64,000 nucleotides of DNA from a virus (IMGVR_UViG_3300034410_000474:1-64000); one strand, 5' to 3'; positions 18,600-28,833 are shown, numbered from the stretch's first letter. The notes: a model not told the origin generated them from the letters alone. Numbers and translations: made by a program.

Positions 18600-19646
18600 A
18601 TGCACGATTTGCATATGGGTGGCTTAGCGGCTTGGGCTTTGAAAAGAGGCGGGTCGCTCCATCCAATACTATTACCAAAATCGGTAACCGGTAATGAAAC
18701 CGGAATTATGAATCCGTCGATCTATTCCCACAAGGGAAAGCTTCTTCTTAACATAAGACATATCAACTATATTCTCTATCATTCAGAGGGTAAGCGGTTT
18801 CCACATCAATGGGGACCATTAGTCTATATTCATCCCGAAAACGACGTAACTTTAACAACTCATAACGTAATGTGTGAGCTTGACAATAACCTGAATCTTG
18901 CATCTGCTCAAAGAGTAGATATGGCTTTAGATACTGGCAAGCCTACGTGGAACTTTATTGGTTTAGAAGATGCTCGTTTATTTGAGTGGGATGATAAATT
19001 ATATCTTTGTGGCGTACGAAGAGATTGTTATGATGATAAAGGTACAGGTCGTATGGAACTATGCCATATTGATCAAGTAGATGGTAAATGGACAGAGATT
19101 TCTCGACATCCTATTCCAGCTCCTGGTGATGATGGTTCTTTCTGCGAAAAGAATTGGATGCCTGTTTTAGATGAACCTTATACTTTCGTTAAATGGTGTA
19201 ACCCAACTCAAGTCGTTAAGTTTAATATTGAAGAAGGTACAACTGAAGTTGTATATGAAGATACTTCAGAACGTGCACCATTTGAAAAAGATTTCCGTGG
19301 TGGTTCACAAGTATTAAGATTAAACGATGACCAGCGCATGGCATTCGTACACGAAACAAATCTATTAAGAGATCCCTTTGGTCGTAAAGATGGTGACTAT
19401 TCTCATCGCATATTGGTATGGGATAATGATTGGAACTTAATCCATGCATCTCGTAAATTTCATTTTATGGGTACGTTCTTTGATCATGTAACAGGTATTG
19501 ATTACAATATTGAGTTTGTTACTGGAATGTGCGTACATCCTGAAACTGGAGATATTCTGGTATCTTATGGATTCCAAGATAATGCTACGTTTATTTTAAG
19601 ACTTCCTCATAAGTTGTTCTTAGACTTTTTGAATAGTAAGGTATAA
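18600..19646 (+). CDS. Five-bladed beta-propeller glycosidase-like protein (GH130/GH43-clan-like)
   Basis: NPSI, GLEDARLF, EKNWMP and RGGSQ blade motifs. Confidence 0.6.
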   Translation: MHDLHMGGLAAWALKRGGSLHPILLPKSVTGNETGIMNPSIYSHKGKLLLNIRHINYILYHSEGKRFPHQWGPLVYIHPENDVTLTTHNVMCELDNNLNLASAQRVDMALDTGKPTWNFIGLEDARLFEWDDKLYLCGVRRDCYDDKGTGRMELCHIDQVDGKWTEISRHPIPAPGDDGSFCEKNWMPVLDEPYTFVKWCNPTQVVKFNIEEGTTEVVYEDTSERAPFEKDFRGGSQVLRLNDDQRMAFVHETNLLRDPFGRKDGDYSHRILVWDNDWNLIHASRKFHFMGTFFDHVTGIDYNIEFVTGMCVHPETGDILVSYGFQDNATFILRLPHKLFLDFLNSKV

Positions 19647-19648
19647 TT

Positions 19649-20881
19649 ATGAAATTTGATATAAAACTTTTAAATGATGTAGTATTAGATTACGATAACC
19701 CCGATAAAATATACGCATTAGCAAGACAATACGATAAACTCGAACAAGGATCAGGAGCACATAGCTTTTATTTAAGAGCTGCTGATATGTCGCCAGGTAA
19801 AACCTTTGAGGAAAAATGGTTACAATATAAATGTATGATACTTTCTTCGATGATTTATCAAAGAAATGAAAATCGTAATCAAAGTGTTCAAGGATTATTA
19901 AAGATTGCAATTGCAACATTACCAAATAGACCTGAAGCTTATTACTTTATGGCTAAACTTAAAAGAGATCAAGAAGATTATCGTGAAGCAATAATGTATG
20001 CTCAAATAGGTATGCAGTTTGAAGGTCAAGAGTACCTTGATAACGATGTTGGTTATCCTGGTGATAATGCATTAAAAGTATTATATGCTCGTTGTAGATG
20101 GAAAACCGATGGTAGAGATGATTCAAAGAACCTTGCATTTGATTTAAAATATAAGAATAAATTAAACAAAAAAGATGAAAAGGCTGTTAATGCTTTATTG
20201 GCAGAACACGGGTATCCAAGTACTCTTGCATATGACCCATCATTATTTGGTCAATATAAATTTAAGTTTGATGGCCAAGAAGATATAAAGACTAACTATT
20301 CTCGTCATTTCCAAGATATGTTTGTACTATCTGTATTAGATGGTAAGCGTGACGGTACCTTTATTGAAATCGGTTCTGGACATCCTGAGCTATTTAATAA
20401 TACATTATTATTAGAAAGAGACTTTGGATGGCGTGGAATTAACATCGATAGTTCAGAAAGATTTGCTCATATATTCTCAAGACATCGAAAAACTAATATG
20501 ATCCATGCTGATGCAGCTGGTACAGATTATGGTACAGTATTTAAACAACAATGTTTAGAACAACATATAGATTTTTTAAGAATCAATTGTGAATATGCAT
20601 CTATTGAAGCTTTAAAGAATATTCCGTTTGCTAAACACGAGTTTGGTATTATTCAGTTCCAGCATAACGCAACTTGGTGGGGAGATCAATTTAGAAAAGA
20701 ATCTCGAGAGATACTGCAAAAGATCGGATATATACTATTAGTAAGTGATGTTGCAGTAGATAATACTCAAAACTATGAAGATTGGTGGGTACATCCAATG
20801 CACGCAAATCGTAAACAAAATATGAAGTCTAGCAATAAGATAAACTTTGCTTGGGACTATATGATGGAGAATGTTAAATGA
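19649..20881 (+). CDS. TPR-like N-terminus fused to FkbM-like methyltransferase domain
   Basis: P.RPEAYYF..K TPR pattern; FIEIGSGHPELFNNT...GWRGINID. Confidence 0.6.
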   Translation: MKFDIKLLNDVVLDYDNPDKIYALARQYDKLEQGSGAHSFYLRAADMSPGKTFEEKWLQYKCMILSSMIYQRNENRNQSVQGLLKIAIATLPNRPEAYYFMAKLKRDQEDYREAIMYAQIGMQFEGQEYLDNDVGYPGDNALKVLYARCRWKTDGRDDSKNLAFDLKYKNKLNKKDEKAVNALLAEHGYPSTLAYDPSLFGQYKFKFDGQEDIKTNYSRHFQDMFVLSVLDGKRDGTFIEIGSGHPELFNNTLLLERDFGWRGINIDSSERFAHIFSRHRKTNMIHADAAGTDYGTVFKQQCLEQHIDFLRINCEYASIEALKNIPFAKHEFGIIQFQHNATWWGDQFRKESREILQKIGYILLVSDVAVDNTQNYEDWWVHPMHANRKQNMKSSNKINFAWDYMMENVK

Positions 20882-21639
20882 AACCAGTATTGATAACAGG
20901 AGGATTTGATCCTCTACACTCAGGCCATATTGCATATATGAAAGCAGCTAAAGAACTTGGCTCTATTTTATATGTGGGTGTTAATTCTGATGAATGGTTA
21001 ACTCGTAAGAAAGGTAGACCATTTATGTCACTCGAAGAAAGAATGGCAATTATTAAAGAGATTGGTTGTGTAGGACACGTATTCTCATTTAATGATGATG
21101 ACGATACTGCTATTAATGCTATCGAATATGTAAAGTATTCTGCTCCTCGTAACGCTGAAATCATTTTTGCAAATGGTGGAGATCGTACAAAAGGTAATAT
21201 CCCTGAAATGTTTAGTGGAGGAGATCAAGTAAAATTCGTATTTGGTGTAGGTGGAGATGATAAAAAGAATAGCTCATCTTGGATTCTAAACGAATGGGAT
21301 AAACCTACTACTCAAAGACTCTGGGGTAAATATCGAGATCTTGATTCTAACGGTCATTGGAAAGTTAAAGAACTCTCTATTGATGTAACTAAATCTCTAT
21401 CTGATCAACGACATTTTAAACGTTCAGAACATTGGCATATTGTTGATGGAGAGTTAAGAATGGAACTTGCGTTTGGAAATGGTTACTCAACTAATAAGAT
21501 CTATAAAACTGGTGACAGTATCGATATTCCGATAAATACTTGGCATAAAGCAACTAATGTTGGAGACCGACCTGTCAAGGTTATTGAAGTTTGGATGGGT
21601 TCAGAACTATCTGAAGATGATATAGAAAGAAGATCTTAG
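20878..21639 (+). CDS. Cytidylyltransferase (HIGH) fused to mannose-6-phosphate-isomerase-type cupin
   Basis: TGGFDPLHSGH, NSDEWLTRKKG, FANGGDR; C-terminal SDQRHFKRSEHW...WH. Confidence 0.8.
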   Translation: MKPVLITGGFDPLHSGHIAYMKAAKELGSILYVGVNSDEWLTRKKGRPFMSLEERMAIIKEIGCVGHVFSFNDDDDTAINAIEYVKYSAPRNAEIIFANGGDRTKGNIPEMFSGGDQVKFVFGVGGDDKKNSSSWILNEWDKPTTQRLWGKYRDLDSNGHWKVKELSIDVTKSLSDQRHFKRSEHWHIVDGELRMELAFGNGYSTNKIYKTGDSIDIPINTWHKATNVGDRPVKVIEVWMGSELSEDDIERRS

Positions 21640-21663
21640 TAGTGTTTTAAGGATGATAATCCT

Positions 21664-21692
21664 ATTATACCATAGTTCATCGCGGGTGTCAA
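21664..21692 (-). promoter_or_regulatory. Sigma70-type promoter pointing antisense into the left + strand cluster
   Basis: Perfect TTGACA-17-TATAAT on the - strand, with the same ACAG flank as the right-arm early promoters. Confidence 0.65.
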
Positions 21693-21701
21693 CTGTTATT
21701 T

Positions 21702-21709
21702 TATAAATA
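21702..21709 (+). promoter_or_regulatory. T4-type late promoter
   Basis: TATAAATA at the start of the morphogenesis block. Confidence 0.7.
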
Positions 21710-21740
21710 TGTATAAATTAATCTATAAACAAAGGAGACG

Positions 21741-22151
21741 ATGATGGCTTTTCAGTTATCAGTAGCCGCAAGAAACGCTACTTTAGCCGCGATCGAAACA
21801 GAAGTTGGTATTAACCCTATTTTAACCATCAATACTGGTACAAAACCTGCCGACGCAGCTACTGCAAACACAGGTTCAGTTCTAGCAACTATGGTTCTAC
21901 CAAGTGATTGGTTGGGTGATGCTACTGCTGGATCTATTGCATTATCAGGTACTTGGCAAGATTTATCAGCCGATGATTCTGGTACTGCTGGATATTTCAG
22001 ATTGCATAATAACGCTGGCACAGTATGCCATATGCAAGGTACTATTACTGCCACAGGCGCTGGCGGAGATATGCAGTTGGATAATACTAACATTGCAACA
22101 GGTCAGCAAATTAATATTACCACGTTCACAATCACAGCTGGTGGGGCTTAA
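21741..22151 (+). CDS. Putative virion structural protein
   Basis: G/A/T-rich; AGGAG SD; late promoter upstream. Confidence 0.55.
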   Translation: MMAFQLSVAARNATLAAIETEVGINPILTINTGTKPADAATANTGSVLATMVLPSDWLGDATAGSIALSGTWQDLSADDSGTAGYFRLHNNAGTVCHMQGTITATGAGGDMQLDNTNIATGQQINITTFTITAGGA

Positions 22152-22173
22152 CTTTAACATAAGGTAAAGCCAC

Positions 22174-22764
22174 ATGTCTGCAAATGGTGCTGTTACTACA
22201 ACATTAGATTTTGAATACTTTGGCGGCGGCGTCATTCAAGTATCAGGAGAAGTATCAGGTTTAATTGATAATTCTTTTGTGTTTGATGGCCGCGTACCTG
22301 TTTTTGGTCACATCGAACCAGTTACTATTGACTTTGGATTTAGTGCTGGTATTGAAACACCTACAATTTATGGCACCGTTGAAAATGCAAGCTTTGATTT
22401 TACCTCATATAGTTTTGTAGAGTTTGGTGTACAACGATATCTTTCAGTAGCAAATAACACATTATTTGATTATAGTGCTACTTCCGAAGGTTATGTTACA
22501 ACTCACGTAAACTTTAATCCCACTTTAGACTTTAACATTGATACACACATCTATGTATTCTCATTAGGTGATGGTGAAGGCACGTATTCTTTCAGTGTTG
22601 AAGGATTAGGTTTAAATGTATCTACAAGAGAATATTCAAAAACTGGCGGAAACTATGTTACTTTTGATGGAATCGACAATAATGACTATAGAATAGTTGA
22701 TTCAAAGAATGGAATTAAATTAATTAGCAACGGAATATCACAAGCTGATATCATACAGACATAG
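22174..22764 (+). CDS. Hypothetical beta-rich structural protein
   Basis: F/D/T-rich ORF within the late operon. Confidence 0.55.
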   Translation: MSANGAVTTTLDFEYFGGGVIQVSGEVSGLIDNSFVFDGRVPVFGHIEPVTIDFGFSAGIETPTIYGTVENASFDFTSYSFVEFGVQRYLSVANNTLFDYSATSEGYVTTHVNFNPTLDFNIDTHIYVFSLGDGEGTYSFSVEGLGLNVSTREYSKTGGNYVTFDGIDNNDYRIVDSKNGIKLISNGISQADIIQT

Positions 22765-22816
22765 TTTGCTTTTAATAAATATCTAATAAATAAAAGTAAA
22801 ACTCGGAGATAAACAA

Positions 22817-23149
22817 ATGGCGGCTAGCTTTTACATAAAACAAAACGACACTGCACCGTCTATTGAGGCTGGCCTTACAGATTCTAACGGTAGAACTAAA
22901 TCTATGGCCAATGCTTCTGCAGTTAAGTTTCATATGAAAGACGAGAATGGAAACATTCTTATCGAAAACGGTCTTGGAACTATTAAGAGTCCTACAAAAG
23001 GAATCGTTGCTTATGAATGGCAGACAGGAGATACTGCAAATTCTGGTATCCATAGTGCAGAATTCCAAGTAACGTATAATAACGGTCAAATCGAAACTTT
23101 CCCTAACACTGGTTATATTAAAGTAATCGTTAAAGACGAATTGGCTTAA
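22817..23149 (+). CDS. BppU-N-like small structural protein
   Basis: FYIKQNDT.P...V.Y.W..GDT...AEF.VTY..G..ETFP pattern. Confidence 0.55.
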   Translation: MAASFYIKQNDTAPSIEAGLTDSNGRTKSMANASAVKFHMKDENGNILIENGLGTIKSPTKGIVAYEWQTGDTANSGIHSAEFQVTYNNGQIETFPNTGYIKVIVKDELA

Positions 23150-23161
23150 AAGGAAAAACAA

Positions 23162-23905
23162 ATGGCACAACCACAATCAAGAGAAGAATTTAAAGATTAT
23201 ATTTTAAGAAAAATCGGTGCACCAGTTATCGATATTAATGTGTCTGAGGAACAAGTTGAAGATCGTGTAGATGAAGCCGTTTCTTTTTGGAGAGATTATC
23301 ACTATAACGGTAGTCAACAAGTATATCTTAAGCATCAACTTACAGCTCAAGATGTAGAGAATGGATATATTAACTTACCGGCAGGATTGCTTGGTATTTC
23401 ATCTATCTTTCCATTAGATACTTCTATTTCTACCGGTAGCGGAATATTTAACGTAAACTACCAATTCGTTTTAAATAATCTTAATGATCTTACAGGTTAT
23501 ACAATTCAAAATTATTATATGACTATGTCGCACTTATCATTCTTACAAGAATGGTTAGTAGGCTTAGCTCCTATTCGTTACAACAAACATGTAAACAAAC
23601 TTTATATCGATGCTGGTAAAGCATCTTTCAGAGAAGGTAAGTATATCATCGTTGAAGCATATGATGTTATTGATGAAGATGCTTATCCTGACGTGTGGGG
23701 AGATCGTTGGTTACAAAACTATTCATCAGTTCTTGTAAGAGAACAATGGGGTCTTAACCTTACTAAGTTCACTAACATGCAGTTAGTTGGTGGCGTTAGC
23801 TTTAATGGCGAACAAATTCTGCAAGAAGCAAGAGCTGAAAGGGAAAAAATGGAAGAAGAAGCAATCCGGACTCTTCAACCTCTCGCCCACAATTTTATTG
23901 GATAA
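23162..23905 (+). CDS. gp13: Neck protein gp13
   Basis: LRKIGAPVIDINV..EQVEDR, GGVSFNG; synteny. Confidence 0.9.
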   Translation: MAQPQSREEFKDYILRKIGAPVIDINVSEEQVEDRVDEAVSFWRDYHYNGSQQVYLKHQLTAQDVENGYINLPAGLLGISSIFPLDTSISTGSGIFNVNYQFVLNNLNDLTGYTIQNYYMTMSHLSFLQEWLVGLAPIRYNKHVNKLYIDAGKASFREGKYIIVEAYDVIDEDAYPDVWGDRWLQNYSSVLVREQWGLNLTKFTNMQLVGGVSFNGEQILQEARAEREKMEEEAIRTLQPLAHNFIG

Positions 23906-23908
23906 AAA

Positions 23909-24589
23909 ATGGCAACGAATTCGTACTTCAGAAATTACGACAATTTCAACGAGCAGAATCTAATTGACGACCTTGTAATCGAATCAATTAAAATCTATGG
24001 CGTTGATGTTAAATACCTGAGTGGTCAATTTAACAATGTTGATAAAATCTTTAATGAAGATGATACACCTCTTTATGATGAGATGTATGGCTTTGAAGTA
24101 TATGTGAAAAATGTCGATGGCTTCGAAGGTGAAGGAGATTTCTTATCTAAGTTTGGTTTACAAATAAGAGATCAAGTTACATTTACAGTCGCTATCAGAA
24201 CATTTGAAAGATATGTTACTCGTAAAGATGCAGAAAAAGTACGACCAAGAGAAAACGATGTTATTTGGTTACCACTTAATCAGAAAATGTATAGAATTAC
24301 TTATGTAGAACATGAAAGCGTATTCTATCAATCTGGTAAGTTACAAGTTTACGATATTAAATGTGAACTTATGGAATACTCAAACGAAAGATTCGATACA
24401 GGCCGATACGAAATCGATCATTACTTTGATGATATTAAATCCACAACTGATGTTGTACAAACTCTTGAAGATGTTGCTAACAACGATCCAATTGCTCAGA
24501 ACTTTGAATTCGAAAAATTAGCCGATGATATATTAGACTTTTCTGAAGTTGATCCATTCAGTGAAAACATTAGCATAGAGGATTCATAA
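23909..24589 (+). CDS. gp14: Neck protein gp14
   Basis: LVIESIKIYG, GFEGEGDFLSKFGL; synteny. Confidence 0.9.
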   Translation: MATNSYFRNYDNFNEQNLIDDLVIESIKIYGVDVKYLSGQFNNVDKIFNEDDTPLYDEMYGFEVYVKNVDGFEGEGDFLSKFGLQIRDQVTFTVAIRTFERYVTRKDAEKVRPRENDVIWLPLNQKMYRITYVEHESVFYQSGKLQVYDIKCELMEYSNERFDTGRYEIDHYFDDIKSTTDVVQTLEDVANNDPIAQNFEFEKLADDILDFSEVDPFSENISIEDS

Positions 24590-26676
24590 TGGCTATTGCA
24601 AATTACTTTTATAATGAAACTACAAGACGATATGTAGCTTTATTCGGTACATTGTTTAATCAATTAAAGATTGAAAGAAACGATAATGCCGGTAACTTAG
24701 TACAGTCAATGATTGTACCATTGTCCTATGCACCATTCCAAAAAGTTATTTCAAGACTTAGAGAAGATCCTGATCTATTAAACAGTACAAGACCTGCAAT
24801 AAGCTTACCTCGTATGTCTTTTGAGATTACAAGCTTAAACTACGATCCACAACGTAAAATTGGATCTACTCAAAAGATGACAAAGAGACAAAAGCCAGAG
24901 TCTGAATCATCTCGTAATTTTGTACATGCTTCAGTACCATACAATATAGAATTTTCTTTGTACATTATGACTAAGTATTCAGAAGATGCTACAAAGATTA
25001 TGGAACAAATTATTCCATTCTTTACTCCTGATTGGACTGTTACTGCTAAGATGGTTAACGATCTAGATCCAATCGATATTCCAATTATATTGAACTCAGT
25101 AACAACCGAAGACTTATATGAAGGTGACTACGAGTCACGTCAAACCATACTGTACACACTCACGTTTACTTTAAAAGGTTGGTACTTTGGACCAGAGAAG
25201 AAACAAAAAGTAATTAAGTTTATCGATATTGATATGATGACTGACACAGCATCAAATGCTCCTCGTCAAGAAGGCATTACTATTAAGCCAGGTTTAGATT
25301 CAAACGGTAATCCACTTACAGAAGATGGTATAGGCGTAACTGCGGTTGCAAACACTACGAATGGTACTATATCTGGTATTACAATTACAAATGACGGTGA
25401 AAACTATAATCCTAATAATGATATATCAGTAACTATTGCTGCACCTGATACATTAGATGCTAGCATTTCTCCAAATATAGTAGACACTGAGATCACCTCG
25501 TTCACCATAAATGAAGGTGGAGGGTACTACTCTAGCCTGCCAAGTATTACTATAAGCGAGCCAGATATGCCTGTAACCAATGCTACGGCTTCACAGCAAC
25601 TATCTGGAAGCACCATTGGATCAATCACAATAGATGAAGGTGGTACATATTATAACTCAGCAGGTATTACGATATCAGAACCACCTGCAAAATCTCCCTA
25701 TGTTAAATTTGGAGATGACGCTTTATATCACGCTAATCATACTGACACTACAACCTTACATACAACTGGAATCAACTTCGTAACTGCTGGTAGTGGTTAT
25801 GCTATCGAGTTTTGGATATATCCAACAGAATTCCACGCAAACGATAATGTTATTCTGCATATGCAAGGTAATAATATGAGAATCGAAATTGAAAACGGAA
25901 CTCTTGCATTATTCTATGCGACAGGTGGAGCACCTTGTAGATCTACACCAGAAGTAATAGTCCTTAATCAATGGAATCATTGTCGTGTTGAACACTTTGG
26001 TGCAACGGCAAGATGGTTAGTAAACGGTGTAGCAGATGATGGTACTTCAGGACCACAAGGATTCTTACTTGGTGGTGGAGCAACTGTTGTTGCCGGTGAA
26101 CGTTCTGCAAATGAAAGATCTTTCCTAGGTGCTTTGGATAATATTACTATCGGTACAATTAGTTCATTAACACCTGCAGGAACATATACAATACCAACAA
26201 CTCCACAAAGTGGTGGAGACTATACTGGTAACTTTGATAAAGATATCGCAACTGCCGATGTTGTAGTTACAAATGGAGAAGTAGTTTCTGCTACTATAAC
26301 TAATCCTGGCTCAAACTATGATGCCAATACAGTAATTACAATTACAGCACCAGATTCTACTCCTGCTAATTTCCAAGCATCAGTTACTCCAGTTCTTACC
26401 GACGGAACAGTAAGTGGAATAACGATAAATAACAGTGGTAGGTTCTATGCTACGGCTAATGTTTCAATATCATCTGCTGTTGCTAATACTGCTACTGCAG
26501 AAATAGTAATAGACGGAACAGGACAAGCAAGTGCGATTAACGTAACAAATGCTGGTTCTGGATATAGAACACCTCCTGTAGTTACAATCGGCGGACCTGC
26601 TGCAACATCAGTTCCATATACACAAATTGAATTTGATGACGACTGGGGTATTATTACGATATTTGAGGATGCATAA
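24589..26676 (+). CDS. gp15: Tail sheath terminator gp15 with a large internal beta-repeat/LamG-like extension
   Basis: N-terminal YFYNET.RRYVALFGTLFN, LPRMSFE; 695 aa versus about 270 aa for T4 gp15. Confidence 0.85.
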   Translation: MAIANYFYNETTRRYVALFGTLFNQLKIERNDNAGNLVQSMIVPLSYAPFQKVISRLREDPDLLNSTRPAISLPRMSFEITSLNYDPQRKIGSTQKMTKRQKPESESSRNFVHASVPYNIEFSLYIMTKYSEDATKIMEQIIPFFTPDWTVTAKMVNDLDPIDIPIILNSVTTEDLYEGDYESRQTILYTLTFTLKGWYFGPEKKQKVIKFIDIDMMTDTASNAPRQEGITIKPGLDSNGNPLTEDGIGVTAVANTTNGTISGITITNDGENYNPNNDISVTIAAPDTLDASISPNIVDTEITSFTINEGGGYYSSLPSITISEPDMPVTNATASQQLSGSTIGSITIDEGGTYYNSAGITISEPPAKSPYVKFGDDALYHANHTDTTTLHTTGINFVTAGSGYAIEFWIYPTEFHANDNVILHMQGNNMRIEIENGTLALFYATGGAPCRSTPEVIVLNQWNHCRVEHFGATARWLVNGVADDGTSGPQGFLLGGGATVVAGERSANERSFLGALDNITIGTISSLTPAGTYTIPTTPQSGGDYTGNFDKDIATADVVVTNGEVVSATITNPGSNYDANTVITITAPDSTPANFQASVTPVLTDGTVSGITINNSGRFYATANVSISSAVANTATAEIVIDGTGQASAINVTNAGSGYRTPPVVTIGGPAATSVPYTQIEFDDDWGIITIFEDA

Positions 26677-27149
26677 TGAGCGACGAAAAGATTTCTTCTG
26701 CACTTGGGATTAGGCCAATGTCAGAAATAGATGAAGATGAAAAGAATGTTCCAGTAGTAGCAAAGGCTACTGAAGACAAAGCATTACCTGCTGTTGTCTC
26801 TGAGCAAGATGATGAGAACTTAGAAGATATCGAAGCTGTAAGAAAAAATGTTGCAGACGTTATTGAAACAGGTAAAGATGCAATGATGGAAATGCTAGAA
26901 ATTGCAAAACAATCTGAACAACCTCGAGCATTCGAAGTAGTTTCTACTTTAATGAAAACTCTTCTCGACGCCAACAAAGATTATGCAGACATATCAACTA
27001 AAAAGAAGTTTGCTAAAGAAGAAATAAACGCTCCCAAAGAAGCAGCCCAAACAAACACTGTAAATAATAATCTAATCGTATCGACAGCAGATTTACTTAA
27101 GATGCTGAAAGATCAGAAACCGGACGATGATGGTGTAATAGATGGGTGA
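26676..27149 (+). CDS. gp16: Terminase small subunit
   Basis: A.QSEQPRAFEVVSTL, NNNLIV.ST.DLLK; synteny. Confidence 0.85.
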   Translation: MSDEKISSALGIRPMSEIDEDEKNVPVVAKATEDKALPAVVSEQDDENLEDIEAVRKNVADVIETGKDAMMEMLEIAKQSEQPRAFEVVSTLMKTLLDANKDYADISTKKKFAKEEINAPKEAAQTNTVNNNLIVSTADLLKMLKDQKPDDDGVIDG

Positions 27150-28737
27150 TGGATATTTAGGAAACACTCACCTTAAAAAGGTTCAAGAACAAATTGAATG
27201 GACGCCAGATCTTGTTCAAGAATATATGAAGTGTGCTGAAGATCCTATTTACTTTGCAAAAGAATATATTAAAATTGTACATGTGGATCGAGGATTAGTT
27301 CCCTTTGATATGTACGATTATCAAAAAGAGATTTGTGATAAGATTTTTAAAGAAAGAAGAGTTGCAGTTTTAACAGCTCGTCAGTCAGGTAAGACCACAA
27401 CAGCAGTGGCAGTTATTCTACATTATATCTTATTCAATGAATTTAAAACTGTAGCTATCCTTGCGAATAAAGGAGATGCCTCTAGAGAGGTTATGGCTAG
27501 AGTTAAGTTAGCATATGAAGCATTGCCAAAATGGTTACAGCAGGGCATCGAGGAGTGGAATAAAGGTAACATAGCACTCGAGAATGGATGCCAAGTACTA
27601 GCAGGAACAACATCTTCCAGCGCTATTCGTGGTAAATCAGTTAACTTTCTATACCTAGATGAGGTTGCCTTTATTGAAGGATACGATGAGTTTTTCGCAT
27701 CAGTATATCCAACTATTTCATCTGGTGAGAGCACTAAGCTATTAATGACTTCTACACCTAATGGATTAAATCATTTTTGGAAAACCTGTAAAGGAGCCAA
27801 AGAAGGTACAAACGGTTATGAATATCAAGAAGTAATGTGGTATGATGTTCCTGGTCGAGATGATAAATGGAAACGAGAAACACTTGAAGCTTTAGATCAC
27901 GATGAACAAAAGTTTAACCAAGAATATTGTTGTGAGTTTCTTGGTTCTTCGGGTACACTTGTTTCAGGAGCTAAGCTCAAAGAACTTTATGCTGAAAAAC
28001 CTATTGCTCAAAGCGAAGGGTTTATTCAATATGAAAAACCTGAAAAAGATAAAAATTATGTAATAACTGCAGACGTTGCAAGAGGTAAAGGTTTAGATTA
28101 TTCAACTTTTACTGTTTTTGATATTACTGATATGCCATATAGACAGGTCGCTGTTTATAGAGATAATTATATCGGTCCAATAGATTTTGCATCTGTATTG
28201 AATAGATGTGGTAAACTATATAATGAAGCAGGTGTATTAGTAGAAATTAACGATATCGGCGGGCAAGTTGTCGATGTTTTACACATAGACTATGGTTATG
28301 AGAATTTACTTTATACGCAAAACTCTGGGCGGAGTGGTAAAGTACTTAGTGGCGGATTCGGAAAAAACGTAGAAAATGGTATAAGAACAACAAAACTTGT
28401 AAAGGGAACTGGTTGTTCTATGTTAAAAATGCTCGTTGAACAAAACCAATTGTTTATACGAGACCATGAAACAATACAAGAATTGAGCAGGTTTTCTAGA
28501 AAAGCTAACTCATTCGAAGCAGAATCCGGTTTTCATGATGATTTAGTAATGAATTTAGTATTGTTTGCTTGGATGACCGAGCAGGCCTACTTTAAAGATA
28601 TGACTGACATAAATACATTAAAGAAGCTCAGAGAAAAAACAGAAGAGCAAATTGAAGAAGAAATGCTACCGTTTGGTTTTATCGATGATGGAGACAATGA
28701 TGATGGATTCTATCACGATGATGGCCTTCGACTATGA
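27142..28737 (+). CDS. gp17: Terminase large subunit
   Basis: ARQSGKTT Walker A, YLDEVAF Walker B, ADVARG and HDDLVM nuclease motifs. Confidence 0.97.
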   Translation: MGDGYLGNTHLKKVQEQIEWTPDLVQEYMKCAEDPIYFAKEYIKIVHVDRGLVPFDMYDYQKEICDKIFKERRVAVLTARQSGKTTTAVAVILHYILFNEFKTVAILANKGDASREVMARVKLAYEALPKWLQQGIEEWNKGNIALENGCQVLAGTTSSSAIRGKSVNFLYLDEVAFIEGYDEFFASVYPTISSGESTKLLMTSTPNGLNHFWKTCKGAKEGTNGYEYQEVMWYDVPGRDDKWKRETLEALDHDEQKFNQEYCCEFLGSSGTLVSGAKLKELYAEKPIAQSEGFIQYEKPEKDKNYVITADVARGKGLDYSTFTVFDITDMPYRQVAVYRDNYIGPIDFASVLNRCGKLYNEAGVLVEINDIGGQVVDVLHIDYGYENLLYTQNSGRSGKVLSGGFGKNVENGIRTTKLVKGTGCSMLKMLVEQNQLFIRDHETIQELSRFSRKANSFEAESGFHDDLVMNLVLFAWMTEQAYFKDMTDINTLKKLREKTEEQIEEEMLPFGFIDDGDNDDGFYHDDGLRL

Positions 28738-28745
28738 AAAGCTCA

Positions 28746-28776
28746 TATAAATAGCAAATCGAGTAATTTATAAATA
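28746..28776 (+). promoter_or_regulatory. Tandem T4-type late promoters
   Basis: TATAAATA at 28746 and 28769, upstream of gp18. Confidence 0.75.
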
Positions 28777-28833
28777 GAAACAGTTATAACAATTAAATTA
28801 AAACGCGTTTCTAATTAAATAAAGGAGAAAAAC

